Positions 1 through 10,741 of a stretch of DNA of 64,000 nt are shown here, piece after piece (positions within the stretch are counted from its first letter, which is position 1; each line of letters begins with the position of its first letter). This stretch comes from the human T2T-CHM13v2.0 reference genome, Homo sapiens. Position numbers and translations under genes: made by a program. A model generated the notes under the pieces. The model saw only the letters and a list, made by a program, of their open reading frames with translations. It was not told the origin of the DNA and did not search any database. The DNA is taken from NCBI RefSeq assembly GCF_009914755.1, contig NC_060926.1; one strand, given 5' to 3'.

Positions 1-248
1 ACACGGCCCGAAGGCCCCCACCCGAGAGGGCCAGGCCTTTTCTCCTCCAGGAGAAGGCAGCCTGGAGGGATGCGGGGAGGAGAGCCAAGCTGGGCTGCAG
101 TCTCTAACCACCTGTGTAACCTCGGCAAGTGGACGCTCCACTCTGACCTCAGTTTCTTATCTGTTAAACACTGGGCTGACTTTTATGACCTCTAAATCTC
201 TTCCAGTGATAGTAGGAAAATGCTAAGGCTCTTTCCTGAAAATACAGT

Positions 249-630
249 TTCATTCATTCATTCATTCATTCATTCATTCATTCATTCACACAGCTAACAA
301 ACTTGTCTCCTGCCCACCATGTGTGACCCTCCGAGTTAGATGCTGGGGGTTTGGGGCTGAATAGGCAGGCAAAGTCCCACTCTTGTGGAGCTGACAGCAT
401 TGAACAATTAACCCACAAATAAGATCATTTCAGAGCAACAAGTGCTTTGAAGGCCTCGACACAGCTGATGGGATAAAGAGCGGCTGAGAGAGCTATTTTA
501 TTTCAGGTGGCCAGGGAAGGTCTGTGTCTCTGCCCAGAAGCCAGATGGGCACTGGAGGAAGGCCAGGTCTTGGCATTTGGGGCAGGGGCCTACTGGGAGC
601 CTGTCTGGGGCTTGGGGTGTCCAGGGCAGG
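249..630 (-). mobile_element. L2 LINE 3' fragment with (TTCA)10 tail repeat at 249-288
   Basis: cattcattca...aacaaac...ccaccatgtgtg...gctggg...gtggagctgacag resembles the reverse-complemented L2 3' end. Confidence 0.6.
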
Positions 631-647
631 GGGCCCTGAGGGCCTGC

Positions 648-1357
648 TGTGTGAGTCTGTTCTTGTGTTGCTATAAAGGAATACCTGAGGCTGGGGCATG
701 GTGGCTCATGCCTGTAATCCCAGTACTTTGGGAAGCTGAGGTGGAAGGATTACTTGAGCCTAGGAGTTCAAGAACAGCCTGGGCAACATGGGGAGACCCT
801 CCTCTACAATTTTTTTTAAAAGCCAGGTGTGGTTTCTTGCACCTGTAGTCCCAGCTACTCGAGAGGCTGAGGTGGTAGAATCACTGGAGCCCGGGGGATC
901 TAGGCTTCAGTGAGCTGTGATTGTGCTATTGCCCTCCAGCCTGGGCAACAGAGCAAGACCCTGTCCGCTTCCCCAACCAAAAAAAAAAAAGCAATACCTG
1001 AGGCTGCATAATTTATAAAGAAAAGAGGTTTAAGTGCAGGCTGTACAGGAAGCATGGCACCGGCAGCCGTTTCTGGGGAGGCCTCAGGAAGCTTCCACTC
1101 ATGGCCGAAGGCCAAGGGGAGCCAGCACATCACATAGGGAGAGAGGGAACGAGAGAGCCAACGCAGAGGTGCCACACTCTTTCAAACACGTGAAATAACT
1201 GAGCAAAACTCACTCATCACATGGCAATGGCACTAAGCCATACGTGAGGGATCCGCCCCCGTGATCTAGTACCTCCCACCAGGCCCACCTTCACCCCCAA
1301 CACCGGGGATCACATTGCAACATGAAATTTGGAGGGGACAAATATCCAAACCATATC
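648..1357 (-). mobile_element. MaLR LTR (MST-type) interrupted by an Alu
   Basis: ttgctataaagga..., aatttataaagaaaagaggttt, ends ccaaaccatatc (reverse of gatatggtttgg). Confidence 0.8.
689..990 (+). mobile_element. Alu (AluJ-like) nested in the MST LTR
   Basis: Two arms, A tail, duplicated target aatacctgaggctg on both sides. Confidence 0.9.
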
Positions 1358-1445
1358 GCCTGGTGACCCCTGTGCTTAGGGGAGCATCTCTGGGGTCCTG
1401 GCTCAGCAACTGGGCATGACTCCCACCCTGCGCCTGCTCTCCCAG

Positions 1446-1592
1446 TATACCAACAAGCTACGGCAGGAGTTGCAGAGCCTGAAAGTAGACACACAGAGCC
1501 TGGACCTGCTGAGCTCAGCCGCCCGCCGGGACCTGGAGGCCCTGCAGAGCAGTGGGCTTCAGCGCATCCACTACCCCGACTTCCTCGTTCAG
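1446..1592 (+). CDS. PROM2: Prominin-2 internal coding exon (147 nt, phase 0/0): [49 protein letters not shown]
   Basis: Acceptor ctctcccag at 1445, donor gtcagc at 1593; 49 codons; peptide recognised as prominin-2 second large extracellular loop. Confidence 0.95.
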
Positions 1593-2115
1593 GTCAGCGG
1601 TGGGCACCTCAGCAGGGCTTCCTCAGCAGGTGGTGATGGAACGAAGGGGCCCACAGAGGAGCTGGGTGTGCATCTTGCCTTGTCCCAGCTCTGGCTCTTC
1701 CACATTTCCTGGGGCCTCTTCCTGTGGAGGTGTCCCCAGATCATGTGCCCCTGGGCCTGTCCTCCTGCCACCACCCCGGTCACACAGGAATGGACAACCT
1801 CTCCCCCAACCCAACAGCATGTGTTGCTGTTCATGGTCCTGAACCCACTGCTGCCGAGGACGCATTGGGAAGTTGCCTCTTCCTTAGTTACACCAGAGGG
1901 TGCCTTATTTGTTCTTGTTGTTTCTATCTCACTGGGAAAATGTCTGAAATATTTCACAGTTCCAGGGAAAACTCACTGTGACTGATGTGTCACAATACAC
2001 TTAGCTGGTGTAGGTTATATTTGATAAGACTGGGGATTTGGAGGCTGGGATCAGGTGGTGGTGGGCCCCAGGGGAGCTGGGTTCATCCCTCCTGGCCTCT
2101 TCTGTCCACCTGCAG

Positions 2116-2187
2116 ATCCAGAGGCCCGTGGTGAAGACCAGCATGGAGCAGCTGGCCCAGGAGCTGCAAGGACTGGCCCAGGCCCAA
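2116..2187 (+). CDS. PROM2: Prominin-2 coding exon (72 nt): IQRPVVKTSMEQLAQELQGLAQAQ
   Basis: cacctgcag acceptor, CAA|gtgagt donor, frame continuous with flanking exons. Confidence 0.95.
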
Positions 2188-2955
2188 GTGAGTGGGAAAC
2201 AGGGCCCCGACTGGGCAGCAGGAGCCACAGGGGGCTTGGGAGGCGGGAAAGGGTGGGAGGATGTGAGGGCAAAGGCAGGGAACTGAGGACCCCCACCAGT
2301 GAGGCCTGAGGCTCCTGACCCCTGGCTGGGCTGGAGGGTTTTGCAGCATCAGTTCTGACTCAAGCTCTGCCACCCGTTGGCTGTGTGGCCTTGGGCAAGA
2401 CATGCAGCATCTCTGAGCCGGAGGTTCTTCATCTGTTGGGTGGACTGTCCTCCATCTCAGAGCAGATGAAATCACTTCTCTGGCCTCACGCAGTTGGGCA
2501 GGTGTTTCTGTGTGTGCCACTTGTGGGATTTGCTGGGACAGGTGCTGTGAGGACATTGGGATGAATGAGATGTCATGGCAGTTGCCCTTGAGGGGAAAAA
2601 TAGCATTTTGTATTTATAACTATTTAGGGTTTAAAAGTTCTCTTTGAAACATCCCATAGGCCCCACAACAACCCCACAGGGTGGGCAGAGCCAGAAGCAT
2701 CCTCAATTTCAGCAGGTGCCCCTGCAGCTCAGGCATGTTCTGTGACTGACTTAGGGGCACCCAGCAAGCTAGAGTGAACCTAGAATTTGGATCTAGGCCC
2801 CCCAAACCAAGATCAGGCCCTGGAGCTTAAGGAGGCCTCAGTTTTCTGCCTCTGAGCCCAGCACTCCCACTTTCTCTTGGTATGTCAGACTGAAAGGCTG
2901 GGTGACGGGTAGATGGGTCCTGGGCGGGGCCGTTCTGATTTTTGTATCCTTTCAG

Positions 2956-3048
2956 GACAATTCTGTGCTGGGGCAGCGGCTGCAGGAGGAGGCCCAAGGA
3001 CTCAGAAACCTTCACCAGGAGAAGGTCGTCCCCCAGCAGAGCCTTGTG
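2956..3048 (+). CDS. PROM2: Prominin-2 coding exon (93 nt): DNSVLGQRLQEEAQGLRNLHQEKVVPQQSLV
   Basis: tcctttcag acceptor, GTG|gtcagt donor, 31 codons. Confidence 0.95.
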
Positions 3049-3136
3049 GTCAGTTTGGAGGCCCGGGGAGCCTGGGGCCTGGGGGAGGGGAGACGTGGAG
3101 AGGGGACAGTGAAAGGGGAGGGAAGTTCTGAGAGTC

Positions 3137-3245
3137 CCTTCCCTCCCCTCCTCTCCCCTCCTCTCCCCTCCTCTCCCCTCCTCTCCCCTCCCCTCCCCTC
3201 CACTCCCCTCCACTTTCCTCCCCTCTCCTCCCTCCCCTTCCCTTG
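3137..3245. repeat. Polypyrimidine (CTCTCCCCTC)n low-complexity repeat
   Basis: About five 10-mer copies plus degenerate flanks. Confidence 0.9.
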
Positions 3246-3280
3246 CACTCCCCTAACCAGCCCTGATCTCTTCTCCACAG

Positions 3281-3334
3281 GCAAAGCTCAACCTCAGCGT
3301 CAGGGCCCTGGAGTCCTCTGCCCCGAATCTCCAG
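3281..3334 (+). CDS. PROM2: Prominin-2 coding exon (54 nt): AKLNLSVRALESSAPNLQ, with NLS sequon
   Basis: ctaac branch-like motif near 3253, ttctccacag acceptor, CAG|gtggct donor. Confidence 0.93.
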
Positions 3335-3609
3335 GTGGCTGCTGTTGGTGGGGACGTATGGTGGAGCACAGGGGCTGCAGAGGCGGGGAGGAAGTAGGAG
3401 CCCATCTCACTCTGCACCTCAGAGCTCTGCCCAGGTTGCAGGTGGGGTTGGGAGGAAGATGGGGGTGGCAGCAGAGCCTGGGGGATCACCACCCTTGGCT
3501 TGTCTGTTGGAGCTGAACCCTCTCCTGCTGAGTGTGCTGTGGTGTGTGTTGAATTAATGAATGGATGCGTGAATGTGGGACACTGAGTTGAGGCTCTCGT
3601 CCCCTCCAG

Positions 3610-3690
3610 CTGGAGACCTCAGATGTCCTAGCCAATGTCACCTACCTGAAAGGAGAGCTGCCTGCCTGGGCAGCCAGGATCCTGAGGAAT
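3610..3690 (+). CDS. PROM2: Prominin-2 coding exon (81 nt): LETSDVLANVTYLKGELPAWAARILRN
   Basis: cccctccag acceptor, AAT|gtgagt donor, 27 codons. Confidence 0.94.
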
Positions 3691-3872
3691 GTGAGTGGTG
3701 GGTGGGACAGGGAAGGGGCTTCCACCCCAGGCTTCTCCAGTCCCAGCTTCTCACTGTGGCTCCCAGGAAAGCTGGGCCTGTCCTCAAGTTGCCAGGCATG
3801 GGGGGTGGCGTGGGTGGGGGGCACTGCTGCTTCTGGGACCCCTACAGCTCAGACCTCCTTTCCTTCCTGCAG

Positions 3873-3941
3873 GTGAGTGAGTGTTTCCTGGCCCGGGAGA
3901 TGGGCTACTTCTCCCAGTACGTGGCCTGGGTGAGAGAGGAG
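3873..3941 (+). CDS. PROM2: Prominin-2 coding exon (69 nt): VSECFLAREMGYFSQYVAWVREE
   Basis: ctttccttcctgcag acceptor, GAG|gtgagt donor; prominin-type YFxxYxxW motif. Confidence 0.94.
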
Positions 3942-4687
3942 GTGAGTGGGGCCTCAGAAGCAATGACTGATTCCCTGCTCCATCGGACCAGCTGTTCACC
4001 CTGCTCTGCCCCGCCCCCGCCCCCGGAGCCCCTTGGGGGTGACCCAGGCCTTCAGGATCAAACCCAAACTCCCAAACCTGGCATCTGCACCCCTGCTTGC
4101 TGGCTGAGCTCTGTCCACCCCACCTCTGCTGCAGCGCTTCCCTGAGCTGAGTGTGAGCAGGGTTGGCGTTCTCCAAAATGTTTCATCACACCTGGCCTGC
4201 AGGTCCTTCCCTGGGCTGGCCCTTTCCCCAGCTTGTCCAAGGCCAATCCTCAAAGCCCACCTCCCGATGCAGACCCTTGCTGAACACAGCCTCTGCAAGC
4301 TGTCTGGATGCCCACACTAGGGCAACAGTGGTCTGGTTTTACCCTGAGTGTGTCTGTGTGTCTATGTGTGTGTGAGTGTGTGTGTATGCATGCACACACA
4401 TGTGTGCTTTCAAGCACTGTGGCTTGACACACAGTGCTGGGTCATAGTAGGCCTTAATCCAGGCTGGTGAACAGATGGAAAGGGGAGGGGCCCAGCGAGG
4501 AGTCTGTAGAGTATGTCCGCATCTGTCTGTACCTGCCTCTCTGCATGTGTATACAAGTGTGCGGTGGCCCCAATGGTGTCCCCAGGCCTTTCTGTGTCCC
4601 TGTCAACCACTCTCCCTGAATTGAATATGGGTGTGCGCCTGTGGGTCCAGGTGTCTCTGCATCACCTGCCTCATGTTGGCGCCACAG

Positions 4688-4777
4688 GTGACTCAGCGCA
4701 TTGCCACCTGCCAGCCCCTCTCCGGAGCCCTGGACAACAGCCGTGTGATCCTGTGTGACATGATGGCTGACCCCTGG
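4688..4777 (+). CDS. PROM2: Prominin-2 coding exon (90 nt): [30 protein letters not shown]
   Basis: gccacag acceptor, TGG|gtgagt donor; prominin CxP...LC...DP motif preceding the last TM. Confidence 0.95.
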
Positions 4778-4959
4778 GTGAGTGCCCCAGCTCATCGGGG
4801 CTTGTTCACCAAGTCCCGGAGCCTTCCTGCTCTCCAGGGAGGGCCGGGTGAGCAGGGTGTGAAGCCAGGCATGGCCTCTGCCCCGGCTCTGATGACAAGG
4901 CAGCTGGGTGAGGCTGGGTGCCACGTGGGTTGGTGAGCCGACCTCACGCCTTGTTGCAG

Positions 4960-5066
4960 AATGCCTTCTGGTTCTGCCTGGCATGGTGCACCTTCTTCCT
5001 GATCCCCAGCATCATCTTTGCCGTCAAGACCTCCAAATACTTCCGTCCTATCCGGAAACGCCTCAG
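4960..5066 (+). CDS. PROM2: Prominin-2 coding exon (107 nt) encoding TM5 and basic stop-transfer: [35 protein letters not shown]
   Basis: ttgttgcag acceptor, CAG|gtgagg donor (phase 2); hydrophobic helix followed by K/R cluster. Confidence 0.96.
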
Positions 5067-5409
5067 GTGAGGGGCTGCCAGGGCTGCAGGCAGCATCAGG
5101 GGCCAGGGAGGTGTCCTTTCAGCCGCCAGGGTCCCCTGTCACAGCCCCTCCTGAGACCTCCCAGGCAGAGGAGGCTCATGAGCGAGCCCTGAAGAGCCAC
5201 ACTCTGAGGAGCTCCAAAGCCAGGAAGTTCTCCCGTATGTCTGCCCCTTACCCTTCTTGCTGCATCCATTTGGGCGCAGCTTCGTGGGACCCTTCCCATC
5301 CCCCACAGGGCTTCCGAGGAGAAACCCTCAGGGCTCTGGGTTTGTCCCTGTGTCAGGGCTGAGGGTCTGGGGGGAAGGGTATGCTCACTCTCTGTCTTTG
5401 ACACTGCAG

Positions 5410-5473
5410 CTCCACCAGCTCTGAGGAGACTCAGCTCTTCCACATCCCCCGGGTTACCTCCCTGAAGCTGTAG
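5410..5473 (+). CDS. PROM2: Prominin-2 last coding segment: (S)STSSEETQLFHIPRVTSLKL*; exon continues to a donor after 5483
   Basis: acactgcag acceptor in matching phase 2, TAG at 5471-5473, TGG|gtgagt at 5483/5484. Confidence 0.95.
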
Positions 5474-6771
5474 GGCCTTGTGGGTGAGTTTTCCCCAACT
5501 CGCTTAATTGCTCCCTGCCAGGGATTAAGGGAGTGGGGTGGGGAGGGGCTGGGGTCTGGGGTTTCCAGGGCCTAGGAGGGCAGGAAGGCTTGGGGACATG
5601 GTGGAGTCTGGGTATTGGGTGTGGCCCATCCAGCAGTGGGGCTGACAGCCCTGTTCTCCCCTCCCTCCCCTTCACCCGTTTCCTTCTTAATCCCTGACAG
5701 GGTGAGGTGACCCTGAGGCTGCCTGTCCTCCCCTTTGATTTAGCCTGGGCCACAGGACTTCGGTAGCTCTTGCCCCAGAGCCCAGGCTGGCATCCAGGCC
5801 TGGACTGTCCCCAGTTCCGGCTTACCTGGCCCCACCTTGCCTGCTCCTTTCCACCCCTTTCTGCTCACGACCCCCATCATTCACGCTCAGAATCACATGG
5901 GACTTCTGTGCAGCTGCAGAGCCAGCAAGTCCCTCCAGGTGTCACCCCTTACCCCCATGCTGGTGGCATCCTCACAGGAAGAGCCTGTTCTCCACCTGCT
6001 GGAGCCTGGACCCTGGGGTGGGACAGAGGCCTCGTCCAACCCCACTCCCCTTCCCGTGTGTCTTCCCCCTGCCAAGCCTCCCCCTGCCAAGCCTCCCCCT
6101 GCCCCTCTCTGAGCCCCTCGCCCCCCACACCGTCCTCATCTGGCCTCCCCCCTGGCCCCCACTTCCCTCTTATGCCCTTCCTGGCCCTTTGCTTCCTCCC
6201 TTAGTCCCCTCTTCACCATATCTCCACTGCTACCTTGCTGGCCCCAGAGACCACCCTGCCCAACCAAACCACTCAGGTAACGCCACTAATCAGGCAGGGG
6301 CCACCATGGCCTAGGTCTGGGCTGGCTGCAGGCCCTGCCTCATGGCCTCTGAGCCCTCCACTGCCCCAGGGCCTTGGGCCCTCTGCAGATCTCATCCAGG
6401 ATTTATTGGTGTCCAGTGGGGTGAGGGAGGCCTGTCTGAAGGCCGAGCCTCCCTGCCTGCACCCAAGTTAGAAATGGGGGTACCAGCACTTAGCTTCTCT
6501 CTGAGTGCTGGCTCCCAAGGAAGGGACCTGGGACCTGGGCCACAGTGGGGGCTTGCCCTTACCTCTTCAGAAGGAAGCATCTTCCACAGCCCCCACCCAA
6601 CTTTCTTAGGAGTGATCTGGTGGCCAGAACAGGATTTTGCACGGCCCCTTTTATCCTGCGCATGTGGCCTAGGGTCATCCCCAGCCCATCCCTGTGTCAG
6701 CCCTGAGTGCTGGACACTGCGTTCCAGAAATGAGGAAGAGGAGAGAGAAGAGATGGACAGACCTCAGATCC

Positions 6772-6777
6772 ATTAAA
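6772..6777 (+). terminator. Proximal poly(A) signal ATTAAA of PROM2 (candidate)
   Basis: ATTAAA followed about 20-30 nt later by GT/T-rich ttggttctgggt. Confidence 0.55.
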
Positions 6778-7112
6778 GTGTTCTCACTTCCCTGAGACTT
6801 GGTTCTGGGTCCTTAAAACCAGGTTTCCTAGGCTGGGACCCTGTACATAGTTGGTGTTTAATGAGTGTTTATGGAGAGGAGAGTTCTAAGGTCACCTCTG
6901 GCTGCAGGCATCCAGGGATTATTCCAGCAATCTGCAGGTAGGGAGTGGGTCCCAGCCTGGGAGCCTGCTGTCAGGAGCAGGCAGACCTGGACTCACAGCC
7001 TGGCTGTGATGCTTGTTCGCTCAGCTTCTCCATTTATGAGATGGGGAGAATAGTCACAGCCTCCTCAAAGGGTTGTGAAAATCAAATGTGATAATTTGTG
7101 GAAAGCCCTTAG

Positions 7113-7553
<441 letters not shown>

Positions 7554-7751
7554 TAACTGCATCTTATAAACCAGCAACAAGTTTTCTACTGGGAATTAGA
7601 ATGGTGCATACACAATGTATTATTATCACTGTCAGATGAGCATGCTTGAATGTAGCATGACTGCCTCTTTTTGCTTTTCCTAGAGGTTTTTTTTTTGCTT
7701 GTTACTCATCTGTTGACCTACCTGGGGGAAGTAGCACCCTTGCATTTCAAA

Positions 7752-7757
7752 AATAAA
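7752..7757 (+). terminator. Distal poly(A) signal AATAAA of PROM2
   Basis: Canonical hexamer with U-rich upstream and downstream sequence. Confidence 0.7.
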
Positions 7758-8378
7758 ATTGATGGCATTACAAATGGAATAGAAACCATTTTTAAAATAT
7801 TTTCAGTTCTCTTTCAAAATTACCTATTTTATCTTTTATATATTTGAACATATTAAGCATAGTTATTTTAAAGTTCAGTTAGTCCCTTATATGGAGCCTC
7901 CATGAGTCTGTTTCTAGTGCCTGTTGTTTCTCTTGTTTTTTGTTAGTTTTGTCCTGTCTCCTCCCATACTTGGCAATGTTTTAATTGAGTACAAGTAATT
8001 TCAGGTCTAGGATGGAGTTATCTTCCTCTATGAGGATTATGTTTACATCTGGCAGGTGGCTGGGGATGCAGTGAGCCAGATCTCTTTCATCTACTTGTAG
8101 GGGATGAGAGGATTTGAGTCACTTTAAGGGCTGACCTACTTCTGTTTCATTCATATTCATAGGGTGAAGCCCACTGGGGCTCCAACCCAAAGCATGAAAC
8201 ATTTGCCAGGTAGCCTTCCTGTTGGTGGGCTTTGCAGTGTCTTCTAGAATCAGCAGACCCCCTACAGAAAACGTAGTCCCAGATGCCATGCATATGTCTC
8301 TGAGTTGCCTTCTTTTCCCAGATCTTGGCCTTGTAATTCTTCACTGCTTTGTTTCCTGCCCAATACTCTCAATTAGAC

Positions 8379-8458
8379 TTAAATATATATATATACGTAC
8401 ATATATTTATTAAATATATATATATACGTACATATATTTATTAAATATATATATATAT
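8379..8458. repeat. AT-rich 31-bp tandem repeat, about 2.5 copies
   Basis: ttaaatatatatatatacgtacatatattta repeated. Confidence 0.9.
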
Positions 8459-10662
8459 AACTTTAAAAGCTGTTCAAAATGTCCTCCCCCGCCCCACACA
8501 CACACGCAAATTTTGAGCAGCTTTTTAAGTTGTCCTGAACTGGGAATTTGGTCCAAATTACCCAGTCCACAGTTATTAGAAGTAGTCCTAAAAAACTGAC
8601 TTTGACGTTCCCATTATATATTGGGAAAAGGCTGCCACTCTTTGAATTTAGTGTTCAGAAACTGTGGCCCAGCTAATTGAACATTGTCTTTTGAAAGGAG
8701 TTTTGTTTAGAGAGCAGCACGGTAATACTGGTTACCCGGGGATGGGGTGGCACTCGGCAGTTGGCAGAGAGAAAGAAATAGCCACAGAGAAAAATAAATT
8801 ACCGATTTCTCTGGCTTTTAAAATGCTGGAATCCTAAAATGCTAATGCTACTTTATATGTGAAACAAAGCCCCTTCGAGGTCACAATCTCTCTCTTCTGG
8901 CCCATGACTGTCTCTGAGGGAGCAAATTATCATCTGGTTGAGCAGAGGAAGCTCCAGGAAGTTACATAGCTGGTTCAGGGTCTCAGAAGTTGAAGCCCAG
9001 CCAGGCTTTGGAAGCAGGTCCCCTGGTCCTGGTGGCCCTGGAGGTTTCTTCCTGGAGGCAATGCCAGTTCCCATTCCCTGTGGGCATGTGGGAGCGAGGC
9101 CCTATCTCCAAGGTGACTTGAACCAAGTGTCCTTACTGTCCCTGTGGCAGGGATGACAGATTGGGGGTGCTAGGAGTTCTTCCAGACCCTTCAACCTGGC
9201 CACCCAACAGAAGGCCTCATGGTAGATTCTGCCAAACAAATGCCAGATGGGCCAAGGTGTCTAAGGTCCCAGGTGGCTGCTCAGGGCAGCTCCAGCTGGC
9301 TTGAGGTGTACAAAGGGAGAGCCAAGTGGCTGGGGCAAGAGCCTGCCCAACTACCTGAAGGGACAAACAATGTGAGTTAACATTTATTTACGGAGTTCTG
9401 AGCATAAGTCAGGAAGCACTTTCCATGAATTAACTGGGAGGCAGGCATTGTTATTTACCTGCCTGACAGTTGAGAAAGCTCAGGCACACAGACTGGATGT
9501 GGGCGGAGTGGAAAGGGCAACGCTCATCCGAATGAATCAGCCGAGAACAGTGCCACTCAGGCCACATCTGAGTCTTCTGGAATCAGCCTGAGGCCCTGAT
9601 CTGGGCGGATGTGGACAGCATCCCCCTTCCCTACTCTCCCTGAGCCAGAGTCGTCCATCGCTTCTAGCCTGAGTGCCAGGAGCTGAACCAGGAGGCTAGT
9701 GGCCAACCTGGTGCACACAGCACATGCTGCCGGAATAAAGCTCCTTCTCCGTGGTCCCAGCCCTTCCTAGCATATGCTGGGTGTGCCCGTCCTGGGGTGG
9801 TCCACACTCATCCGTCTTACAAATGCTGACCGAGAACTGCAGCTCGGATGAGGAGGGATGGAGGGGGTGTGCAGAGGGTGGGGCCCCGTCCGAGCCCTTG
9901 GCTTCTGCCCACGAGTGAAGCAGAATTTAGGGAAGAGGTGGCTGAGCCCCTACCCACACTAAGGGCTGGAGTGGGAGCCAAGGAGTCAGGCGCTGAGGTT
10001 AGAGGAGGGAGGTTTCAGAGAGGCGAGCTGAGTCCAAGGGGTGCGGTCGGCCGCCCTCTCTTCACTTCAAGCTGCAAGGAAAGGGGCTTTAAAGAAAGCC
10101 GCCAGAGAGCTTCACCGTGTCCCCTGCAGTTTAATAAATCCCTTGGACTGATGCCTCACCCACTGCAAAGTCTAGAGGGCAGTCAGGCTGGCTGCATTGA
10201 AGGCGGAGCTAAGGAGAGGGCTGGCGGCCCAGGTGAGGGCCTCCTGTGAGAGACAGCATGGAGTCTCCTAGGTCCAGTCGAAGGAGGCTGCCCAGAGAGT
10301 GAACCGACCTCAGCCAAGAGGAGGCAGAGCTGCCACTAAGTATTGGGGGCTTATGGGTCCCCTGAGGCCCATGTGAAACACTCTAGTCAGGGGACCATGG
10401 GGCCAGGCTCTTAGGACCCTTGGAGGAGCCCACAGAGAAAGAGGGACAGCTCTCAACCTCTGCAAACCCAGAGCGCAGCTCAGCCAGAGGCTGCCATGCC
10501 CACTGCCTGCCCCAAGCTGCCACCCCCAGGCCTGAGCTGGGTGGGGAGCAGGAGAGTTGATGATGGCATGGGCTTCGATGGGGGCTGAGCCTGTGTTTTG
10601 TGATGTGAAGTGATGAGGACCATTTGTATTTTCTTACCAAGATGCACCCAGCTGGCGAGGCT

Positions 10663-10741
10663 TTCTCTCTCTCTCTCTGTCTCTCTCTCTCTCTCCCCCC
10701 TGTACCCCTCAGCTCTCTCTCTCTCCCCCTGTACCCCTCAG
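10663..10741. repeat. (CT)n with duplicated ctctctccccc(c)tgtaccc(c)tcag
   Basis: Direct inspection. Confidence 0.85.

Noticed and set aside
5899-5933. IRE-like hairpin in PROM2 3'UTR (C-AGCTG-CAGAGC-CAGCA with GGGACTT/AAGTCCC lower stem)
   Set aside because: Upper stem has only 4 of 5 pairs, the pair below the bulged C is G-A, and the lower stem needs a 7-nt bulge; fails canonical IRE geometry (SIREs or an IRP shift could confirm)
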